This document shows, piece after piece, positions 58,314 through 64,000 of a stretch of 64,000 bases of DNA. Below the pieces are notes generated by a model. It was not told where the DNA came from. It did no database searches and saw only the letters and a program-made list of their open reading frames with translations. Origin of the DNA: a virus; IMG/VR virus record IMGVR_UViG_3300036768_001133, positions 8,796 through 72,795 of that record, one strand, 5' to 3'. Numbering within the stretch: the stretch's first letter is position 1; each line of letters starts with the position of its first letter. The translations under genes were made by a program, and so were the position numbers.

Positions 58314-58970
58314 CTATATTACATCTGCTTGTGTATTAGATTGTAAAGGCTTAATTTGTTTATACTGCATATACGAAGCTATTAACTTACCTGTAATAAT
58401 ATCAGCAAATTTATCAGGTATAGGAAATGCTTCTTCATCACTCTTACATACACTACAATCATAAGCATACAAATCTCTTGGGTCTTGAAACATAGCATCA
58501 ATAGCTATGTATTTCATATTGTATGTAGGTGGATTGAAAATAATTAGTTCCGTATTACCCCTTAACCAAGCAATAGTCTTATTCCTTGTAAAACGACTAA
58601 CTCCCACATAATTAGTCATTACACCTGTCTTTATAATAAAAGATTTATCCCACTCTATTGTACCTACATATCTCAACTCTATTACAGCAGGTATTTTTGC
58701 ATACAATACCTTTTGCTCACTTTGCAAATCTATACCACAACACTCTGTTAAACTCCTGCATATTAGCTCTATACACGTAAGCCTTTGATACATCATATTC
58801 AGCTCATGGTCGCTGAAAAATCCATTACGCCTGTATTCATCATACAAACGCCTTGATGTCATCACTATCTCATCTTTTATCTGATTGATATGTATGTTCT
58901 CATTGATAACACCATATCCCCCATTGATAGTATTTTGTACAATAGATGCTAATTGTGATAATGTAGCCAT
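58314..58970 (-). CDS. Tail ring/adaptor protein
   Basis: QRLTCIEL, AMFQDP and FPIP motifs; position in the crAss-like structural block. Confidence 0.65.
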   Translation of the reverse strand: MATLSQLASIVQNTINGGYGVINENIHINQIKDEIVMTSRRLYDEYRRNGFFSDHELNMMYQRLTCIELICRSLTECCGIDLQSEQKVLYAKIPAVIELRYVGTIEWDKSFIIKTGVMTNYVGVSRFTRNKTIAWLRGNTELIIFNPPTYNMKYIAIDAMFQDPRDLYAYDCSVCKSDEEAFPIPDKFADIITGKLIASYMQYKQIKPLQSNTQADVI

Positions 58971-59013
58971 ATTTTTTCAATATTCTCAAATTACTAACAA
59001 ATCTAAAAAAAAA

Positions 59014-59045
59014 TTTGCAATAAAAAAAATTTTGTATTATATTTG
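59014..59045 (+). promoter_or_regulatory. Bacteroidota-type promoter, antisense to the structural operon
   Basis: TTTG(59014-17)-N20-TATATTTG(59038-45); a divergent TAGATTTG box lies on the minus strand at 58998-59005. Confidence 0.75.
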
Positions 59046-59050
59046 CAACA

Positions 59051-59174
59051 GCAAACAAGTTGTCTCCTATTTATTATTTATATAAATCGTTCTTTGTATA
59101 ATAGACAACTTGAAAGCTATCCGCTTTTAATAAATAACAAGCTCTACATACAAACGTATGTAGGGCTTTCTTTC
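59051..59174 (+). ncRNA. Putative ~120-nt structured small RNA
   Basis: Directly after the promoter: hairpin caagttgtct...agacaacttg, small hairpin aaagc-tatcc-gcttt, terminator-like aagctctacatac-aaac-gtatgtagggctt-tcttt; no credible ORF. Confidence 0.6.
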
Positions 59175-59230
59175 GTCGTATCACTATGGAATTAAAATAA
59201 AAAAAGCTGAGCGATTGGATAAAAAAGCAA

Positions 59231-59265
59231 TAAAAAAAGGGATATTCACTGAATACCCCTTTTTT
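59231..59265 (-). terminator. Probably bidirectional terminator after the capsid operon
   Basis: A-run, gggatattc-act-gaatacccc hairpin, T-run. Confidence 0.65.
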
Positions 59266-59279
59266 ATTTTTATACCAAA

Positions 59280-60071
59280 TCAAACTATCGCATTCAGCTG
59301 TGTTATCAGCGTAGTCAAAGTAGTATCTACATATAATACATACTCTAACTGCCTTTCTGAAATTTGCGAAGCTATACTTAACCCTACGGGACTTTCATCT
59401 AATCCCCTTACAAGCCAATGATATGTCCTATATTGTCTTCCTTTAATAGGTACATTATACTTTTCTGCAAGTGGTGCATAAGGCATAGCTTTACACTCCG
59501 TAACAAAAGGGTGTATTACATCATAATGTCCTGTACCTACGTTGAAAGGTGTAACAGTAGTTACAGTAGCATTATATCCTATTACTTTGGGCTCTACCTC
59601 TATACCCAATTGAGCAGTTACACGTATTGTTGTAGCACCTATGGTAGAAAGTGTAAAAAATCTACCTATGTCTGACTTGTTCTGATACAATTGAAATATA
59701 GTATCTCGCAATTGTGTAGCTGTCATAGGACTTTGTACTAAATGATGTACCATATCTCTATTAGCTTCCAAAGTAGATACATAAGCGCCAAAACCTTGTA
59801 TATTTCGGCTTACTATGCTTACAGTTATCTCATCTCCCACAACAGGTGCAGTAGGAAAATTTATATCTACTACGTGTGCTACAGGTGCAGTATAAGGTAC
59901 TTGTGTGTTACTTATCAAATCTGCTTGCTTAAACTCTGCAAACCCTACCATTCTTACAAAGGTGTTTGGACCCCAGGCGGCAGGTGCTAATGTAGTGTTA
60001 TTATACACAAACACTTGTAGTTGTTGTGATGTATTCACTACCATTCGTCTTGTTGGAATATTGATTGCCAT
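59280..60071 (-). CDS. Putative auxiliary capsid/decoration protein
   Basis: 263 aa, T/V-rich beta composition; last gene before the terminator in the capsid operon. Confidence 0.55.
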   Translation of the reverse strand: MAINIPTRRMVVNTSQQLQVFVYNNTTLAPAAWGPNTFVRMVGFAEFKQADLISNTQVPYTAPVAHVVDINFPTAPVVGDEITVSIVSRNIQGFGAYVSTLEANRDMVHHLVQSPMTATQLRDTIFQLYQNKSDIGRFFTLSTIGATTIRVTAQLGIEVEPKVIGYNATVTTVTPFNVGTGHYDVIHPFVTECKAMPYAPLAEKYNVPIKGRQYRTYHWLVRGLDESPVGLSIASQISERQLEYVLYVDTTLTTLITQLNAIV

Positions 60072-60083
60072 ATTTTTTTAAGG

Positions 60084-60722
60084 TTAATTATTTTTGAAAC
60101 TTAACTCTTGTGTAGAAACTTGATAACCCTGTATATTCGTAGCACTTTGAAATATCCTAACAATCTTATCTATTATCTGCATATCTACTTCATCAGTATA
60201 AGGTGGATTACTTGGCACTAAGGTTATAGGGTCTATGTAATATAAAGTAGGTATTGCAATATACTCCAATCTTACTTGTAATATTCTTGAAGCATCATCA
60301 TCTCCTACTCTAAAATACAAATTGTTTCCTATAATCTGATATTGCGGATTAGTAAGCTTAGGTTTCCAATAGTAGTTATTCTCGCTATACCCTAATTTAT
60401 CCGCTGTTGTCTTTTGCACTATTACCCACCTATCAGTATTACAATCAAAATCTTCTATGTAATACCAAACAGACAATAGCCTTAAATAATCGTTAGGTAA
60501 AGTAATATAAACGTTGTTTGTATTAGGAAAAGTATTAAACACTACAAATTGACGTAAATCATCAGTACGCTTTTGAACCATTTCAAACTCTTTATACTTT
60601 TCGTTAATATATTCGTATAAAGCTCTTTCAGCATACCTGTTAAAATCTACTATCTCAAAAGTAGGTGTATCATACTTATCTAAATCTATTACACAACGCT
60701 CATATATCTCTAAACTATTCAT
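60084..60722 (-). CDS. Head-tail ring/adaptor protein
   Basis: FEMVQKRTDDLR, LPNDYLRLL and LEYIAIP motifs; crAss-like gene order. Confidence 0.7.
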   Translation of the reverse strand: MNSLEIYERCVIDLDKYDTPTFEIVDFNRYAERALYEYINEKYKEFEMVQKRTDDLRQFVVFNTFPNTNNVYITLPNDYLRLLSVWYYIEDFDCNTDRWVIVQKTTADKLGYSENNYYWKPKLTNPQYQIIGNNLYFRVGDDDASRILQVRLEYIAIPTLYYIDPITLVPSNPPYTDEVDMQIIDKIVRIFQSATNIQGYQVSTQELSFKNN

Positions 60723-61561
60723 ACACGATACTTGCTACGTAATACAGATACTACCTCTTTGTTAGATGCTTCATTAAGCCACATTAAGTATCCCTCAAAA
60801 TCAGTTGCTATTACTTTATCTCTAAATAGATAATTAGACAAGTTAATACTTACTTCGCCTTTATCTATAAGCAAATAAGCAAAATAGCAATTGTTTAGAT
60901 ACTCTTTGTCTTCATAAATTTGACTTACATCTCTACCTGTTGCCATTTTTACATTTTTATCTACTAAATCTAATAAGAATGTATCAATAGCATTTTCAGT
61001 GTCTTCTGAATTACCAGCAAACACCCTTACTATTTTACGTTTTTCACTTAAAGCAAGCTCTAACAAAGCAGATTTGAGTTTAATAGCTTTCTTTTCTTTG
61101 CTTAACTTTTCTTTTACTTGCTTTTCTGTATCTTCTACTTCCCATAAATTTTTACCAAACTTGGGATTGATATAAGGGTGTTCTCGCATCCAGACCCAGT
61201 CAATTGCATCTATCGGATTAGATAAGTCTAATACAACTTTCCCCTGCAATATGCGTGTAGTATCTTTGGTAACTATATGTGGTACATATCGTTTTTCTTC
61301 TTCTGTAAAAATAGGCTGACCTGTAAATAGCTTACCTGTACTACGTTCTACAGGGGGTTGTATCATACATCTTATCGACTTTATTCGCATTTTAGCATCT
61401 TTGCATACCAATACTATCTTTTCATCTTTTATAGGAACAACATACTTTTTATGCAAACCTTCCAGTATAGCTTGTTCCTTTTGGTCTAATACAGATAGTA
61501 CAGATGTTTCTGTTTCTGCTTGTGTTTCTTCTACTATTTTATTCATAGGTTTCCTTGGCAT
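60719..61561 (-). CDS. Conserved crAss-like protein downstream of the MCP
   Basis: VLDLSNPID...W motif; directly downstream of the capsid gene. Confidence 0.65.
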   Translation of the reverse strand: MPRKPMNKIVEETQAETETSVLSVLDQKEQAILEGLHKKYVVPIKDEKIVLVCKDAKMRIKSIRCMIQPPVERSTGKLFTGQPIFTEEEKRYVPHIVTKDTTRILQGKVVLDLSNPIDAIDWVWMREHPYINPKFGKNLWEVEDTEKQVKEKLSKEKKAIKLKSALLELALSEKRKIVRVFAGNSEDTENAIDTFLLDLVDKNVKMATGRDVSQIYEDKEYLNNCYFAYLLIDKGEVSINLSNYLFRDKVIATDFEGYLMWLNEASNKEVVSVLRSKYRV

Positions 61562-61573
61562 AGATTACAAAGT

Positions 61574-62980
61574 TTAAATAATAGAACGTTCTAAAAGCAT
61601 ACAGCTATCAGGATTTAATAGTTTTAATCCTATTGTTCCTAATGCTATCTTACTTGAGCCATGAATAGGAGAGCTAACAACACCACTGCTTTTTCCATCT
61701 TTACCACCTACCCCAATAATATCATTGATAATAAGTTTTAAGCCACTTTGATAGAATACACTAATGTTAGGCTGCCCATCATAAGTGCCTCTATCTATAA
61801 AAAACATCTTGCTACTGCTTAAAGGATAACCATATTCATCAAGTTCATCAGCTTGGTTTTTGTAGTCAAGTAGCTGACTTACACTTACCGTAATAGTGCT
61901 ATTACCATAAATAAACTTGGTAAAGTTACCACCAAGAGTTATGTTGTTTCCTGAACGTGTAGCATATACCCTATCCCCTACTTTTAAGCTATCTTCCATT
62001 AAATCCATAAAGATACGCTTACCACGGCTACCTGTTACAAGCAAGATATTTACTCCGTCTTCTGCTTTACCTGCCCTATATTCCACTTCACCAATAATAT
62101 CTTTTAGCAGTTGTTTAGAAAGTGAAGTATAAGAAACCCTTGAAGATGAGCTAATTTGATTTTCTAATCCGTTGCCTGTGTAAAGTTTTTGTTTTGTATT
62201 AGGATTGGTTAAATGAACTACCCCATCTTCATTTACAGTACTTTTACCATAGATAAGTATGTTTTCTTTGTCATAAGCAACTTTTTGCAAAAGCTGTTTT
62301 TCATACTCGTCCATAATAAATCTTTCTTTGCTAATATCGTCCATTAGAATATATTTGGTCATATTAGCAGTACCAGAAATACTTACTTGTGAACGGAACA
62401 TTGTAACATACTCTCTATGTAGCTCTTCGCTATAACGCATCTTAAAATAGCCTCTATCATTGAACTCACTGGTTGCAGGATACATATATTGTATCTTTCT
62501 TCCAGCACTTGTCCAAATATCGGATACGCTATCTGATGGTGAATTAGTAAGCAGTTTTACACGATAACGAAATACACCCGAAGTAAGCATAGTCCCATTA
62601 TCTTCAAAATAGATAAGTTTGCCGTTTTCTAATTTACCTACTTCTTCTGAATTAAAAAACTGCTCATCTAAACATACATAAAAAGAGCTATTATTAACAC
62701 CCAAGTTAGTACCTGTACTACCACCTGCAACAAAGTTGCATAGCATATTAGGCTCACCAATTAGTTTCCATTCGGCATAATATCCATTGATATTTTCCTC
62801 TTTTGCTTTATCTGTTGCATAGATATATCCTAATCCTTCTGTTAGGTTTATGAGAGAAAATTGAGGATACAATCTCACCGCTTTACTACTTAATGCTGGT
62901 GCAACCTTAAAAGCATCTGCGAGCTTTTCATAAGAAAGCTGACCATTATAGTCGCCAACTATTTTTTTCAGTATTCTCAT
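61574..62980 (-). CDS. Major capsid protein (crAss-like HK97 fold)
   Basis: 468 aa; GVNNS.F, YRVKL, YGKSTV...TGNGL..QI, VTGSRG...F and LGGNFTKF motifs; position. Confidence 0.85.
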   Translation of the reverse strand: MRILKKIVGDYNGQLSYEKLADAFKVAPALSSKAVRLYPQFSLINLTEGLGYIYATDKAKEENINGYYAEWKLIGEPNMLCNFVAGGSTGTNLGVNNSSFYVCLDEQFFNSEEVGKLENGKLIYFEDNGTMLTSGVFRYRVKLLTNSPSDSVSDIWTSAGRKIQYMYPATSEFNDRGYFKMRYSEELHREYVTMFRSQVSISGTANMTKYILMDDISKERFIMDEYEKQLLQKVAYDKENILIYGKSTVNEDGVVHLTNPNTKQKLYTGNGLENQISSSSRVSYTSLSKQLLKDIIGEVEYRAGKAEDGVNILLVTGSRGKRIFMDLMEDSLKVGDRVYATRSGNNITLGGNFTKFIYGNSTITVSVSQLLDYKNQADELDEYGYPLSSSKMFFIDRGTYDGQPNISVFYQSGLKLIINDIIGVGGKDGKSSGVVSSPIHGSSKIALGTIGLKLLNPDSCMLLERSII

Positions 62981-62982
62981 AA

Positions 62983-64000
<1,018 letters not shown>

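Noticed and set aside
58885-59421. Short ORFs 58885..59085, 59074..59283 and 59215..59421
   Set aside because: They cross promoters, hairpins and homopolymer runs; the region is better explained as regulatory DNA plus a small RNA.

Overview
AT-rich segment of a crAss-like (Crassvirales-type) podophage. The host is probably Bacteroidota, judged from TTTG-N19/20-TAnnTTTG promoters, and the standard code 11 fits. Two transcription arms diverge at about 4.3-4.5 kb and converge at about 20.68 kb. The minus arm at 1-4268 carries two RepL-like/wHTH genes and the terminase large subunit. The plus arm (4484-20646) is a compact early/replication block with RepL, DnaB, ERF, SSB, RusA and Gp157, and I recognise no DNA polymerase or primase in it. 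The minus arm at 20684-64000 holds tail genes, a 4093-aa virion RNA polymerase, a 2882-aa cargo protein with an SF1 helicase, smaller cargo proteins, a tRNA(CAU), tail/ring proteins and the major capsid protein. The most unusual observations are: (1) three modules with identical geometry (25-bp dyad IHF-like site, 10-11 bp, 3 x 22-bp repeats) but different repeat sequences, alongside three RepL-like proteins; (2) four paralogous genes built from 27 shuffled 22-aa repeats, three of them in tandem behind a shared leader; (3) a free-standing ~120-nt structured antisense RNA in the capsid/tail operon; (4) extreme, patchy coding-strand cytosine depletion around the divergence point; (5) an SSB-tail-like DLPF terminus on the giant virion helicase. 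All family assignments come from motif recognition and gene order by eye; no searches were run.
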